DNA from: Lama glama
Lineage: Eukaryota
Length of the DNA: 64,000 bases
Assembly: GCA_028534125.1 (NCBI GenBank)
Contig: JAPYYK010000094.1
Coordinates: forward strand, 62,001-126,000
Reading direction: 5' to 3'
Both the position numbers and the translations under genes were made by a program. Within the stretch, counting starts at the first letter, position 1. Each line of letters starts with the position of its first letter. The notes beneath the pieces are model-generated. The model searched no databases. It had not been told where the DNA came from and saw nothing but the letters and a program-made list of their open reading frames with translations. Positions 26,465-38,729 of the stretch are shown here, in pieces.

Positions 26465-26727
26465 AATGGTTTCCAGGGGGGAAAGAGGGTGAGAACAGGT
26501 AAATTGGGAGTTCAAGATTTGCAGATACTAACTACCATATATAAAAAAGATAAACAACAAGTTTATACTGTATAGTACAGAAGCTATATTCAATATCTTG
26601 TAGTAACCTATAATGAAAAGAGTATGAAAAGAAATACATGTATGTATATGTATGATTGAACTATTATGCTATACATCAGAAATGGATACAACATTGTAAA
26701 CTTACTATACTTCAATGAAAAAAAATA
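26465..26727 (+). mobile_element. Cetartiodactyl/camelid L1 3' UTR end
   Basis: atggtttccaggggggaaag...aaattgggagttcaagatttgcagatactaactac...tatattcaatatcttgtagtaacctataatg...actatacttcaatg, then polyA. Confidence 0.85.
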
Positions 26728-27848
26728 ATCCCCTCTGAGAGGTGGGCTGCTCTCACTGCCCCACCTTGGTGCTTCCCACTGCCACTCTGCCACACTGGGT
26801 TACGTGAGTGACTGCCATGCAGTGAGGCTTCTCAGAGGAAGGAGGTAGGTCGATTGGGGGCGGGGGTCCGTGATGACGTGATTCCTCTCCAGTCACACCA
26901 GCTGTGACAAAGGGACCCAAGGGAATGTGGTCTGGGTGACTGCAGAGCTCATTTACTTAAGGCTAAAAATAGGTGCGTTTCCTGCAGCAGGTGGGTGACT
27001 AAGCAATACCAAGGAGAGCTCCTGGTGGAGAAAAAGTGGTGCCCAGGGGCCCTGGCTATCCCCTAGGTACCTGGACGACAGACAGGAAGGGGCTGAGGGA
27101 CAGGAACAGAAATGACGTATACATTTTGCAACTCTTCCCGAGCAAGCTGACTCTCTCCCTGCTCCCCTCCCCCAAATTCACTGTCCAAACGCCATGAAAT
27201 TGCTGGCAAATCAGAGCCACAAGTCCAGTCAGCCAAACTTGTAGTCGCTTTCTCCCAGGGCTTAAAGGCAGCTGAGAGACAGAAGGCTCATGTCTGCGTG
27301 TGTGCATGCGCATGCGCACCCACACCTGATTGGTGGGAGGATAAACAGGACGCGCAGTGTCCATACTGTGGTCTGCTTTGGTCTCTGACTTCCCCCAGCC
27401 CCCGTGCACACGCAGTGGGACTGGAGGAGGGCTGCTGATGCCCTGATCATCCTCTGCGATGCTCTGTGCCCAGGGAAAGGAAAAGCACTCCCTTCTCCCC
27501 ATCCCAGGTTCTTCAGGAAGTAAGCATCAACCTGACCTTCTAGATAGCTCTCTAGAGGCTCAACGGAAGCTGAGGAGTGAGGCAATTATTTGGAGAATTC
27601 GGCCCCACCTCAGGCAGCTGCCTGAGTAGACTGATGTAATGGGAAAAGGCAAGACGGGCACCAGGAGAGCTATTTCTTGTCCTAGCTCTGCCACTCACTT
27701 GCTGTGTGACCTTGAGCAAGCTCATTTTCCTCTCTGGTCTCCAGTTTCTCCTGTTTCTCCATTTATCTATTTCTTCAACAAATGTATATTAAATGTGTCT
27801 TGGGCCAGGCACCTGTGTATACCAAGCAAGATACAGGAAAATAACATC

Positions 27849-28297
27849 TATGGAGGATTAAAAATGCCCAGAAAATCTTCACATCTCCCCCGTTGAAAAC
27901 TGGCACTATTTCTCCATCCATTGACTCGGGGCTGACTTTGTAACTTGCTTTGGCTGACAGAATGTCGAGAAAGTGACATGTGACTTTCATTCTCATTCTC
28001 TTGGAACCTAGCTGCCACATGAGGAAGCCGCTGGTGAGGTCACATAGAGGACAATTGAGGTGCCCTCACCTATGCCATGTCTGTAGTTAGGCCACAGGGA
28101 GTCCCCAGCCCTCAGCAGACTGTCCGCAGATGCTAGGGTGAGCCCAGCCAAAACCACTTGGAGCAGAGAGGAGCCAGCGCAGCTGAGCCTTGCCCAAGTC
28201 GACTACCCAACCCTGAGAATTGTGAGCCATTAAATGGTCGTAGTTTTAAGACATTGTTTTGGAGTGATTTGTTATGTAGCAAAATGTAGTCGATACA
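27849..28297 (+). mobile_element. MLT1 (F/G/H-like) solo LTR
   Basis: gtaacttgctttggctgacagaatgt...aagtgaca; 3' end gttttaag...gtgatttgttatgtagcaa...gataca. Confidence 0.75.
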
Positions 28298-28520
28298 ATG
28301 AACGTTTATTGGCCACTGCCTCTGTGCGAGGAACCGAGGAACCGAGGAACCGTGCTGAATGCTTTACCTAGATCATCTCATTCATTCCTCATGTCAACCA
28401 TGAGAGGCAGCTGTTATTATTCTAATTTCCATTTTACAGATGAGAGCACTGAGGCACCAGAAAGAGAAGCAACTTGGCTAAGAGCAAAGAACAGGGAGCT
28501 GGGATTTGGGCTTCAGAGCT
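28298..28520 (-). mobile_element. MIR SINE
   Basis: atctcattcattcctcat...ccattttacagatgagagcactgaggcaccaga. Confidence 0.8.
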
Positions 28521-28759
28521 TGCTCCATGAAACCAGACAGACATGGTTCTTGCCCTCACAGAGGTTACAGCCTAGAGGGGAGACAGGCATGAAGCAAACA
28601 CAGAGACAGATGTACAACCACAAATAGTGATAAGTGCTATGAAGAAAATGGGCGCTGTGTTTAGTCGCAGGGAAGTCCTCCGAAGAGAGCTGAGGATGGA
28701 AGGGGGAGGGGGCTGAGTGAGGCTGGGGCACCTTCCATCAGCATAAGTCATTGGTTCCC

Positions 28760-29075
28760 GGGTGACTCTGTGAGAAATGTAAATTCCTGGGCCACATTTC
28801 TCAGAGATTCTGATTTGGTGGGTCTGATTGCTTAGTGGCCTGGTCAGCTTTTTTTTTTTTTTTTTTTTTTTTAATGTGCCCCTTAGGTGATTTTTATCCT
28901 CGGGGAAATTTGAGAAACACAGCTCAGTTACCTGAAGAGACTAAAAAATACAGCTGCCCATCCCTCAGTCTGAGATTTTGATGCAGTTGGTCTGTGGTGA
29001 GCCCAGGAATCAGTACTTTTGACAGCTCATCAGGTGATTGTACAGTGCAGCCTGGGCTGAAAATTGATTCTAGAA
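28760..29075. mobile_element. Two adjacent MER5-type MITEs, the first with a 25-nt polyT (28848-28872)
   Basis: cagagattctgatttggtgggtctg...aggtgattt...tttgagaaacacag; then aaatacagctgccc...gcccaggaatcagtactttt...caggtgattgtacagtgcagcc. Confidence 0.65.
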
Positions 29076-30769
29076 GATTCTATAGGGTCCCAGAATGCTT
29101 TTTTATATCTCTTTTGAGATACCGGGGTTACCTGGTGCTGATTAAACCATCCTTTTAGTGATCTAATACTGTGATAGCTGGCCCGGAGCTGAGCTGGAGG
29201 TAAAGCCTTTCTCAGAGACTTGCCTCTGATTGAATGGACCCCTCCTCACAGACAACCTCCTCTTAGACAACCTCAGAGACCCCATAGGGGTTCCCCACAG
29301 CTTCCAAATCCCCTTTACCTTTTATTTGTTTTAAAGTCTAGCGTTCCTTTAATTACAGGGAGAAATGACTACCACCTACAAATATTTTCCTTCCTCTAGG
29401 GCCTGACGTCCCAGCTCAGGGACCTTGGCGCACAGATTCCCCACACTCAGGAGAGTGACGTCATCTGTGGTGCAGCCATCAGAAGAGGTGTGTTGGTGCC
29501 TAGACGATTTCTTGTCTGGTTTCCTGCTCTTCTTCCAAATAAGGCAGGAGGGCCCCTGGGGGTTGCTTCTGGTGCAGCTTGATTTAGACCAGAGAGGACG
29601 AAAGAATCCGCTCTTGGCTTGGGGCCTGCCAGCCTGGAGAAAGCTTGCTGGAGGTGAGGGCAGAGAGAGAATGGAACAGCCCAGAACAGCAACAGCCCCT
29701 GGGAGCAGTGCCACCTGGGCCCCAGCAAGCAATGGTTGTGTGCTGGTGCCCAGGCGGGAACTCCGCCACCCAGACCCTCAGCTCCTCGTCCTGAAGTGTG
29801 TTCATGCTCACTGTGCTGAGGGTTGTTAGGAGAACTCAGAGTTCGTGGCAGGGCCTGGGACACCTCTAAAGGTGTTTTCATTCTTCCTTTTGGGACAGAC
29901 ACAGGAATGAACTTGACACTGTGGAGGAAGACAGAGCCCGTTGCGAGACACCCCAGAGAAAGTCCTTCTTTAGGGGCTGCAGCAGACCCTAGTCTCTGTG
30001 GCCTATACCTGGAGGCCCCAGATCTCTCAGAAGACCTCAGGAAGAGGACCCTTGACAGCCCTGTGGGCACAGCCTGCACTGTACACGGTACAGATGGCTG
30101 CCCCGAGGAGGCGCTGGCAAAGGGAAGGGGTGAGGCCTGACCAGTGAGGAAGGAACGAAGAGAATGAGGCACTGACTCATTCTCAGGCTTCTGCTCTGAG
30201 AATGAAAGGACTTGTTTGGGGGTGTGGCTGGGAGGAAGCCATACCAGAAGGTGCAGTGAAAAATGAGGGTACTCCAACGCCTTTTAGCTCAGGGATAAAT
30301 CATCCTGGGAAGGGGCCAGTTTTAAAAAATAACAGTACTATAGGTGGTCTCTTCTCTTTTCAGATCTGTCCTTCCAACTGGAAGCAATAGTAGAGGGCCC
30401 CAAAGGTCACATCAGGCAGGAAGCCTTTCCTGAGCCCTGATCTGGGATCTCCCCATCCCGTGGGAGACAGAACAGACTTGGGATCCTGAATCCATTGGAC
30501 AGAGCCAGCGGTTGTCACTGTGCCTTGTTCTCTCTACCGGCTTCTTTTCTCCCTACCCACCCCACCTCACCAAGCCAAGAAGGGACTGCGTCTGTAATCA
30601 CCTTTTCTGTGTAGCACAGATTGTTCTAAATAGTACAAAGGCATGTATGGGCTAGCAGTGGGTGACCCTGGGTATCTATTTGTGTGAGTCAATTCATAGC
30701 GGGGAGGAAGTTGGTGAGACAGTCAGGGTGGGGCAGGGAGAGAAGCAAGGGGCCCAGATCTGACCTTCT

Positions 30770-31200
30770 GTATCACTAGAATTTTGGTTGCATGTGAAAG
30801 AAAACCCACTTTTTTTTCTTAATGTGAAACCAGAAAGTATTAGCCTGGGAACTGAAATCTGAGGGTGTGGTTGGTTCAGAAGAGGCTTAATCAGGGACTC
30901 TAAACAATGTCACATTGCAGCCTTGGGCTCCCTGTGATCTTTTGGCTCAGATCTTCTCCAGGTAGCAGCTGAGACACAGGTGGGTTCACATCATGGGCAC
31001 AAGGTGGCTGCAGAAGCTCCATGCCTCACACTCTCACACCAGGGCAGAGAACCAGTTGGCTTCCTGACAGCACAAAGTTCTGGAACTGAGTTTCACCTGC
31101 TCTGATTGGCCTGAATTTGGTCATGTACCCTTCCCTTAACCAATGAGTGTGGTCGGGATGGAGTATACTAGTGGGGCAGGGGTGGGTAGTGTGGCAATCC
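30770..31200 (-). mobile_element. MLT1 (J/K/L-like) LTR
   Basis: ttttggttgcatgtgaaagaaaaccc; ctctgattggcctgaatttggtcatgtacccttcccttaaccaat. Confidence 0.65.
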
Positions 31201-31764
31201 CTACCTGGATCTGAGTGTGTGGGATAGAGGTGTGCATAAGAGGGCTTGGTCAAGATGGTGATGGGGACAGTTTTGCTGGAATCATACGAACTCAGTTGAG
31301 GCTGTTACTGCAAGTGAGCCAATAGGGACAGGCTGCCAAAAAACACTGACCCCTCTGTCCCTTTTGAGTGAGGGCTGCAGGGAAAAGCTGAGAGGCTTCT
31401 CTGGGGCCTGGGTTGCAAATTGGGACACAAGTTAGAGGAGCCATCTGCCTATTTCAGCTCAGAGCACAGAACCGTTTTGCTGCGGTGACTGAGGACCTGC
31501 CCCTTGGACCAGCTCTAGGGTCACAGCCTGAGAAGCAGGGACCTCAAGTGAGAGAGGCCCGGATCCTGCCTCAGTGGCCTAGCACACTGCAAATATCAGC
31601 AAGGAGATGGAGCAGAAGAAACATCAGCAGACTGGCCATGGGCACCTGTGCGATACCCACAGAATCTCCAGAGGTGACTGGGGGCTAAGCCCACTGAGGT
31701 CCCATGTAGGAGAGAAGGGTAGCACCCCGGCATACGTGCCTTTGCCAACTGGAGGTCAAAAGAT

Positions 31765-31885
31765 TTGGATCTTGTCATTGCCAGGCCACTCCTTAGCTAT
31801 ATGGGCAAATCTCTTTCCCTTTCTTGACCTCAGTTTACTCCTCTGTAAAATGGGACTGATACTTTCACCTCAAGAGTTGATATGG
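31765..31885 (+). mobile_element. MIR fragment
   Basis: cctcagtttactcctctgtaaaatggg. Confidence 0.7.
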
Positions 31886-32769
31886 GAATCAGGTGAGGCA
31901 GGCAGATGACCTGGGGAAAAGGCTGAAGTGCTGCCCAAGGTCAGGCCCTGTTAACCCTCCTTATCCCTGAGGAGGGTAGAGGCACATCTGCACCTGGAGG
32001 CTTTTACATCATAAGGAAAAGCGTGAAGAGGAACAAGCCCCACTTGTACCCAGTGGAAGTTGGTGGACGCAGAGCCCTGGGGCAAGACTGTGGGCCAAGG
32101 ATGTGGGCAGCTCTCTGGGTCACTCCTCTTCCCTTGCACTGAGTCAGAGGAAGGGACCGAGGCTGGGCATCAGCCCTGCAGGTTCCACCAGTTATTGACA
32201 GGGGAAGGTGAAGGCTAATGGGAGGAGGAACTGCAGATACAAACAACCAGCATGCCCATCCCTCCACAAACAACCTCCTCCCACAGCGCAGATGCAAATC
32301 TTCCTCCTCAGCACTGGGGGAGTGCTCCCAGGCTGAGTCTGCCCTTCCTCGGGGCCTCTCCCCAGAGTCCAAACAGCAGGGCCCTCTCGGTGGGGACTGC
32401 ATGTTTCCCAGAATGAAGCTGGTTAGGGGATTCAGGCTCCACTAGCTTTGAGTAGCTCAGACCAGCCACCGCCCCCTCCCCCATCCTGGGTTTTTCCTGT
32501 GCACTTCCCAGGGATGTGTTTGCACTGTCCCCTCCCACTGCAGGGGTCGGCCCTGGAGAGCTAGCTGATTGAAAAGTCTTCTCTCTGCCGTGCTTGACCT
32601 AGTCCACCTATTAACCCACTAGCGTTGGATGGAAACATTCCTTTCAATATTTGCCCCAGGCAGGGTGATTTCCTCTCACAAACGAAAGGTCATTCTGTTT
32701 AGCCAGCACTGAAGGCCTCCAGGGATCTCAGCCCCTGCCCACAGGGGACAGCCATTACGGTGAAGATAT

Positions 32770-32950
32770 GGGTGTGGAGTTAATTAGATATGGTTTGGAT
32801 CTGACCTTCTCTGCTTGTCAGCTGTGTGACTCAGGTTCCTTCACTTCTCTGAGCCTCAGTTTTCTTATCTGGAAACTAGATGGCAATGCCCTACAGGATT
32901 GTTGTGAGGATGGAAGATAATTGGTACAAAGCTCACAGCGGTGTTCAGAA
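32770..32950 (+). mobile_element. MIR SINE
   Basis: agctgtgtgac...cacttctctgagcctcagttttcttatctg...ggattgttgtgaggat. Confidence 0.8.
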
Positions 32951-33334
32951 GATGAATCTTCCCATCCTTCCACCCCTTATCACATATTACTTTCCCATTT
33001 TCGTCTCTTCTCCAGTCAAAACGATTGGCTTGTTTGCTTAGCACACATGAACAAGTCACCATTATCTTCATCTCCACAGCTCTGGGAGGTTGATGCTATT
33101 AAGCTGGTTTGAGTCAAGAGGCCATTGTGGCTTGGAGAGAGGGAAAGAGTTAGAAGGCTACCAAGAGGTAGAGCCAGGATTTGATGCCAAGTCTTCAAGA
33201 ACTAATGAGAACCCTGGTTCTCTGATATCTATGGACTGTTTCTCTGCCTGGAATGTTCTCCCACCTCTTCTCCTTTCTGGATTCCATTAGTCATTCAGGG
33301 TCCTTCCATCTCCTCCAGGACACTTTCTGAATCA

Positions 33335-33750
33335 CTGAGGACATTTTTTGTTGACAAGTGATAGAAAATTTCACCCCAAACAGGCTTAAGAGAAGAAATG
33401 GAAGTTTTTGGCTCAAGTAACCCAAAAACCCAATAAGGTTGAATTTAGGGCTCAAATAATGTCATCAGCATTTTCCTTCTCTCTAAATCTTGGTTCTGCC
33501 TTCTTTTCTGAAAGCTGAAGTTTCAGGCTCCACATGGTAGCAAAAGGGCAGAGCAGTCCACCTCTTACACTATTACAAATTTCAAGCATAGTGGAAAGAG
33601 TGAGTCTTAACTTCTTCATAGCTCAAGCTTGATCTTGGAATTGAGACATGTTGCCTCTGATCAAACTGACACAGGTCAAGTGCCCATTCCTGAATCAGTC
33701 AATATGTCCAGCGGGGCTGGAATCCACGGATTAGCTTAGACCTGAACCAC
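33335..33750 (-). mobile_element. MLT1K-like LTR
   Basis: ttgttgacaagtgatagaaaa...ggcttaag...ggctcaaataatgtcatcag...aggtcaagtgcccattcctgaatcagtca. Confidence 0.6.
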
Positions 33751-34080
33751 CTGCACCTCTAGAGTTGCAGGAGGGGGGTTTCACTCCCCTCTAGAGGGAA
33801 ATTGATGTATCTTACCAAGAGACACATGAGTGGATGTGGATGTGGATGGTAAAATAACAGATTCCACAAGCTACTGATACTTTTTCCCTTTTCTGAATTC
33901 CTGCATTGCTCCTTTTCTGGTGGGCATCTCTGCTGGGCAGTAAATTCCTTGAGGGTAAGAACTCTCTGTGTAACCCTGAACTGTTTGTAGAGCACTTGGA
34001 AAACAGCTAGTCCCAACAACATGCTTTTCAGTCAATTAATGTAATTACTCTGAACTCAATTCATCCAGCCCTATGACAGT

Positions 34081-34590
34081 TGTATCAGTAGGGATTCAAC
34101 TGAGAATAGAAACACTCTGGCTATTTTAAAGAGGAGGAGGTTTATGACTGGGTATTACATGGCTCTCAGTATCACTGGGAAGGTTGAAGAAATAAACTGT
34201 AGTCTGAGCATTCAGGAATGACACCTAAGTCACACTGCAGAGCTGGGCCACCAAGAGAGCTGCTGCCTCTTCTGCAATTGGAAAGCACCACCAACAACCC
34301 ATTCAGAAGACCATGATCATGAAGCCACTCTTCCACCAGCTCCAGAACCACTGTGTGCCTGACATAATCCAGGCAGTCTGGGTCCCCATGTCCTGCCTCT
34401 CAACACCCACCAAGCCAGCAACTAGACCCTTCAGTTTTGCTGACACTGTTGGGGTAAAACCAGGCTTGCCAGCAAAAAGAGAAGTAGTAAGAAGTTCAGC
34501 CTCCAACCTACTTCTACTTTCAAATATGTGAATCATATGGTCAGATCTTAATTATATCTGGAATCTAGGAGGCCTGGGAAATGTAGTTAT
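34081..34590 (-). mobile_element. LTR33-like ERVL solo LTR
   Basis: tgtatcagtagggattcaactgagaatagaaacactctggctattttaaag...aggcctgggaaatgtagt. Confidence 0.65.
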
Positions 34591-34594
34591 GTGT

Positions 34595-34803
34595 TTTAAA
34601 TAGACTTCACTTTTTAGAACAGTTTTAGGGTCACAGCAAGATTGAGTAGAAAGTGTGAAGTTCCCATATTCTCCTTGGCCTCACAGTGCACAACCTCCCG
34701 CACTAACCACAGCTCAGAGTGGTATATATCTGTTACAACTGATAGAACCTACACTGGCACATCATAATCACCCAAAGTCCATAGTTTTCATTAGAATTCA
34801 CTC
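34595..34803 (-). mobile_element. L1MC-like 3' end running into a gap
   Basis: ttttagaacagttttagggtcacagcaagattgagtagaaagt...acatcataatcacccaaagtccatagtt. Confidence 0.8.
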
Positions 34804-34975
34804 NNNNNNNNNNNNNNNNNNNNNNNNNNNNNNNNNNNNNNNNNNNNNNNNNNNNNNNNNNNNNNNNNNNNNNNNNNNNNNNNNNNNNNNNNNNNNNNNN
34901 NNNNNNNNNNNNNNNNNNNNNNNNNNNNNNNNNNNNNNNNNNNNNNNNNNNNNNNNNNNNNNNNNNNNNNNNNNN
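34804..34975. other. Assembly gap
   Basis: N run. Confidence 0.98.
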
Positions 34976-35309
34976 AATCCTCTTTATTATTTTCACCCCA
35001 GAGAAATGCTTGTTTTGATAGACTTAATCTAAGACAAAATAGTTAAGGAAACAGGCCTGGAGCCACTGTATCTGGGCTGAGCTGCTTCCTAGCTATGTGA
35101 ACTTGAGCAAGGTACTTCATCCCTCTGTGCCCGAGAATCTTCTGGATTAAGAGTCCCACTTCCTAAGACTGATGTAAGGATTAAGTGGAATTATTCACTT
35201 AAAGCTCTTGACGGTGTCTGGCACATCATAAAAACTCAATAAATGTTTGTTCTGATTCTTAGTGATTAACTCAAAGCAGCCTTATCACAGATACAATTTC
35301 TCTTACATT

Positions 35310-35985
35310 TTCTCCCAACTTTTTATTTTGGAAATTTTCAACCTACAGAAAAATTGAAAGATTAATACAATGAGCATCTCTGCAGCTTTCACCTGAATTT
35401 ATGAGTCAGTAACATCTTTACCACACTTACTTTCTCTCCTTTAGGAGGTTAAGTTGTAAGCATAAGGAACATTAACCTCTGGATAGATCAGCTATTATCT
35501 CTCGGAGAACAAGGACATTCTCTGCAACAATGATCGCATTCAATAAATTTGAATTGCTGCAATAATATGCACTAATATTATCTGGTATATGCTCCATATT
35601 AAATTCTCTCCAAGGGTCTCAATAATGTCCTTTTTAATCTAGGATCTTAATCTGGGATCTAGATCTAGATCTAGGATCTAGGTCATGCATCACGTAATTA
35701 CTTATCCTTCACCTTTTCTCTCTTTCATGGCTGTGATATTTCTAAGAAGTCACTGCCAGTTGTTCTATAGAATACCATATTATTTGGATCTGTCTGATTG
35801 TCTCCTCATGGTTAAATTTATATTACACATTTTGGGGGGGGGCAAGAATACTCCATAGATGATATTCTCACTGCATCATATCAGGAAGCTCATAGTGCCA
35901 GTTTGTTCCATTATTGGCACTGCTAAGTTTGCATATGTGGAGGTATCCACCACATTTCTCCATTTAAATATCTTCTCCCTTTTGC
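35310..35985 (-). mobile_element. L1MC4/5-like 3' fragment
   Basis: actttttattttggaaattttcaacctacagaaaaattgaaaga...aacaaggacattctc...ttggatctgtctgattgtctcctcatggttaaattta...ggcaagaatact. Confidence 0.7.
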
Positions 35986-36049
35986 AAATTCTCAGGCAAT
36001 CCTGGGTTGGGAATCACTGACCTAGTATCCAAGTTTCTACCTTCACCCC

Positions 36050-36112
36050 CCTTTTTTCAACCTTTTAAAAAATTGATGTATAGTCAATTTACAATGTTGT
36101 GTCAATTTCTGA
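36050..36112 (-). mobile_element. Very short young L1 3' end inside a MIR
   Basis: aattgatgtatagtcaatttacaatgttgtgtcaatttctg; approximate TSD ctaccttcac (36037-36046) / ctacttccac (36113-36122). Confidence 0.6.
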
Positions 36113-36378
36113 CTACTTCCACTTTATGGATGAAGAAATTAAAGTGTAGAAAAGTACCCGAAATACCCAAAAAGTCAGTGGTGGGACTGAGGCTGGACAG
36201 AACCCAGGTCGTCCTGATGCCCACCCCACACCCTGCCTCTGACCATATCAGTCTGAGAGTCTCCTTCTGCCTGGGGATGAGCATGGAGCACCAAGGGGAA
36301 GGCTGATGAGGGACCCTGGCTCCAGTTCTTAACGCTGAGGTGAAGCGAAATTTAAAAGTCATCTAGTTCAATCCCAAC

Positions 36379-36691
36379 TTTTTTTTAAAATTGAAGTGTA
36401 GTTGGTTTACAATCTTGTGTTAGTTTCTCGTGTATAGCATAGTGATTCAGTTTTGTGTGTGTGTATGTGTGTGTGTATTCCTTTTCATATTCTTTTTCAT
36501 TCCAGGCTATTACAAGATATTGAATATAGTTCCCTGTGCTACATAGTGTAACCTTGTTGTTTATCTGTTTTATATACAGTAGTTAGTATCTACAAATCCT
36601 GAACTCCCAATTTATCCCTCCACCTCCCCTTTCCCCTCTGGTAACCATAAGTTTGTTTTCTAGGTCTGTGAGTCTGTTCCTGTTTTGTAAA
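36379..36691 (-). mobile_element. Cetartiodactyl-type L1 3' end splitting a MIR
   Basis: ttgaagtgtagttggtttacaat...atagttccctgtgct...ggtaaccataagtttgttttctaggtctgtgagtctgtt; TSD tcaatcccaacttt (36368-36381) / tcaaccccaagttt (36692-36705); the MIR resumes at gaggaaactcaggccc. Confidence 0.85.
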
Positions 36692-37202
36692 TCAACCCCA
36701 AGTTTCTGAGGAGGAAACTCAGGCCCTGAGTAATGAAATGACTTGTCCAAGGGCTCGTGAGCTCCAGATGTCTCCCAGAGAGAGCCAGGCTGGCTGCCTA
36801 GGAAAGTCGTGTTGGGGAAGCATGGGTGGGGCATGGACAAGCACTGTGGCATTCTCCCACATAGCGGCATCTGCTCCCCAGGTTTCCAGAAGCAGAAGCT
36901 AGGTTTGTTTAGGGCATCCAGAGGTGTCTGACATCCTGGACCTGGCTGACATTAACCAAACACAGGAGACAAAAGTCTATACCTGCATCCTTTGTACTAA
37001 TGGCAATGGAACAGCCTAGAGAATCAATTTTGTCATTCCCTGGAGCCTGCTCAGCACACCTTCCTTCACGTAGTCCCGGAGGCACAGTGCTACTGTTTTG
37101 TTCTTTAAATTCCTTTCCTGGATGCCCTGCAGACAGTCCCTCTCCCCTGTCCTCTTTGGTCCATCTTGGAAGGAACACCGTGTAATTTGTTCATCTATAC
37201 TT

Positions 37203-37378
37203 CTTTCTTTTTTTTTCTTTAATTTGTACACAAATTTTAAAAAACATTTTATTTTGGTGGGGGGGTTGGGTAACTAGGTTTATTTATCTATTCATTTAAT
37301 GGAGGTACTGAGGATTGAATCCAGGAACTTGTGCATGCTAAGCATGCAGTCTACCACTGAGCTACATCCTCCCAGCCC
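37203..37378 (-). mobile_element. Camelid vic-1-type SINE, long-tailed form
   Basis: ggaggtactgaggattgaatccaggaacttgtgcatgctaagcatgcagtctaccactgagctacatcctccc; TSD tgttcatctatactt (37188-37202) / tgttagtctacactt (37379-37393). Confidence 0.85.
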
Positions 37379-38566
37379 TGTTAGTCTACACTTTCTTAGT
37401 TACAATAGCTCATCCATCATGCCTCTCTGAGGTTTCACCCAGATCACCTTGCTTTGTGTCTGGATGATCCCAAACCGTTTCCACCACATATTCCCAGTAG
37501 TCTCTTGGGTTATGATTGTTTCACAGGATGCATACATTCATTCAACCAAATTTTGGGGATCATTTGTTATGTGCCAGGCTCCAGGGACACAGTGGTAAAC
37601 AAAATCATATGGGATTCCCATCAGGAAAGTGATGGCACCAAATGTTCTGCTTATACAGAGGACTGAGGCTGGGGGGAGGCAGGGGAAAGGAGGCCAGTCA
37701 GGACACCTGGGGACCAGTGAGGGGACTGTTGCTCTGAGCCAGACAGGAGGCTGTGATGGCCAGGACAGGGCACTGGCCCTGGGGCTAGAGAAAAGTGAAC
37801 AGATTTAAGGAGGTAAAATCAAGGGGTTTTGTGAGTGGATCGAGATAGCATCACACACTACTTAAGAGCACAGAATCTGGAGCCTGACTCTACCACCAAC
37901 TAGCAAGGTACATAATCTCTCTACACCTCAGTTTCCTTGTCTGTAAAATGGTGATAGCTCAAACTACACCATAGGATTATAAAGTAGACAGAGCAGGTGT
38001 AGTTTCTAGTTTTCTAGAAAGCAGGTGCTGCTTGTGAGCTGGGAATGCAGGAGGGCCAGGTGGGTTTGAGGTAAAAGATGCTCCGGCCCATTTATGGCTC
38101 TTGACTCTAAGGGCCCTGGAAGGCATCTAATAGGAGGTGCTCAGCAGGCAGTTGGATTTTGCCTCTCAGGCTCCAGAGAAAACTCTGTGCTGGAGTTTTC
38201 CATTTCTTTTTGATTTTTTTCTATTTTTGCTTTTAAACCTGGGCTGTGTGGATCACTTATCACATGTGGTTTGCAGACAGTGATGGTGTTGGGGCTAGAA
38301 CTCGGTCTCCTTCGCCTTAAGTCCTGCTTCACCAAGCTGCACCCACTACTCCAAGAGCCAAGAGCTTGCGTGTATCAGCTCTTCGTATTCTCAAACACTG
38401 CTGAGTGTCTACTTGGGTTCTCTCACTGGGCCCATGACTCTGCAAGAGAGCGGCTATTGCAAATGAAGAAATGGAAGGAGGCTCAGGAAAGCAAGTGAGT
38501 CATAGAGTAAATGGTAGACAGTCTGCCTGACTATGAACCTGAGCTTTTAAAGCTTATGTTCTAGGA

Positions 38567-38729
38567 CTGTGCCATCCAATAGAACATTCTGAGATAATGG
38601 AATGTTACATCTGTGCTATCCCATATGGTAGCTGAGGGACTGAATTTTTAGTTTAATTCAATTTTAATTAATTTAAATTTAAGGCCACATGTGGTTAGTG
38701 GCTAGTGGCTACTGTATTGGACAGCACTG
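38567..38729. mobile_element. MER3 hAT-Charlie MITE
   Basis: Ends ctgtgccatccaatagaac...ctactgtattggacagcactg; ctag-centred flanks ttctagga / tcctagtt. Confidence 0.8.

Noticed and set aside
35636-35683. gatcta/ggatcta self-complementary repeats
   Set aside because: Local slippage of an L1MC-internal word with no further structure.
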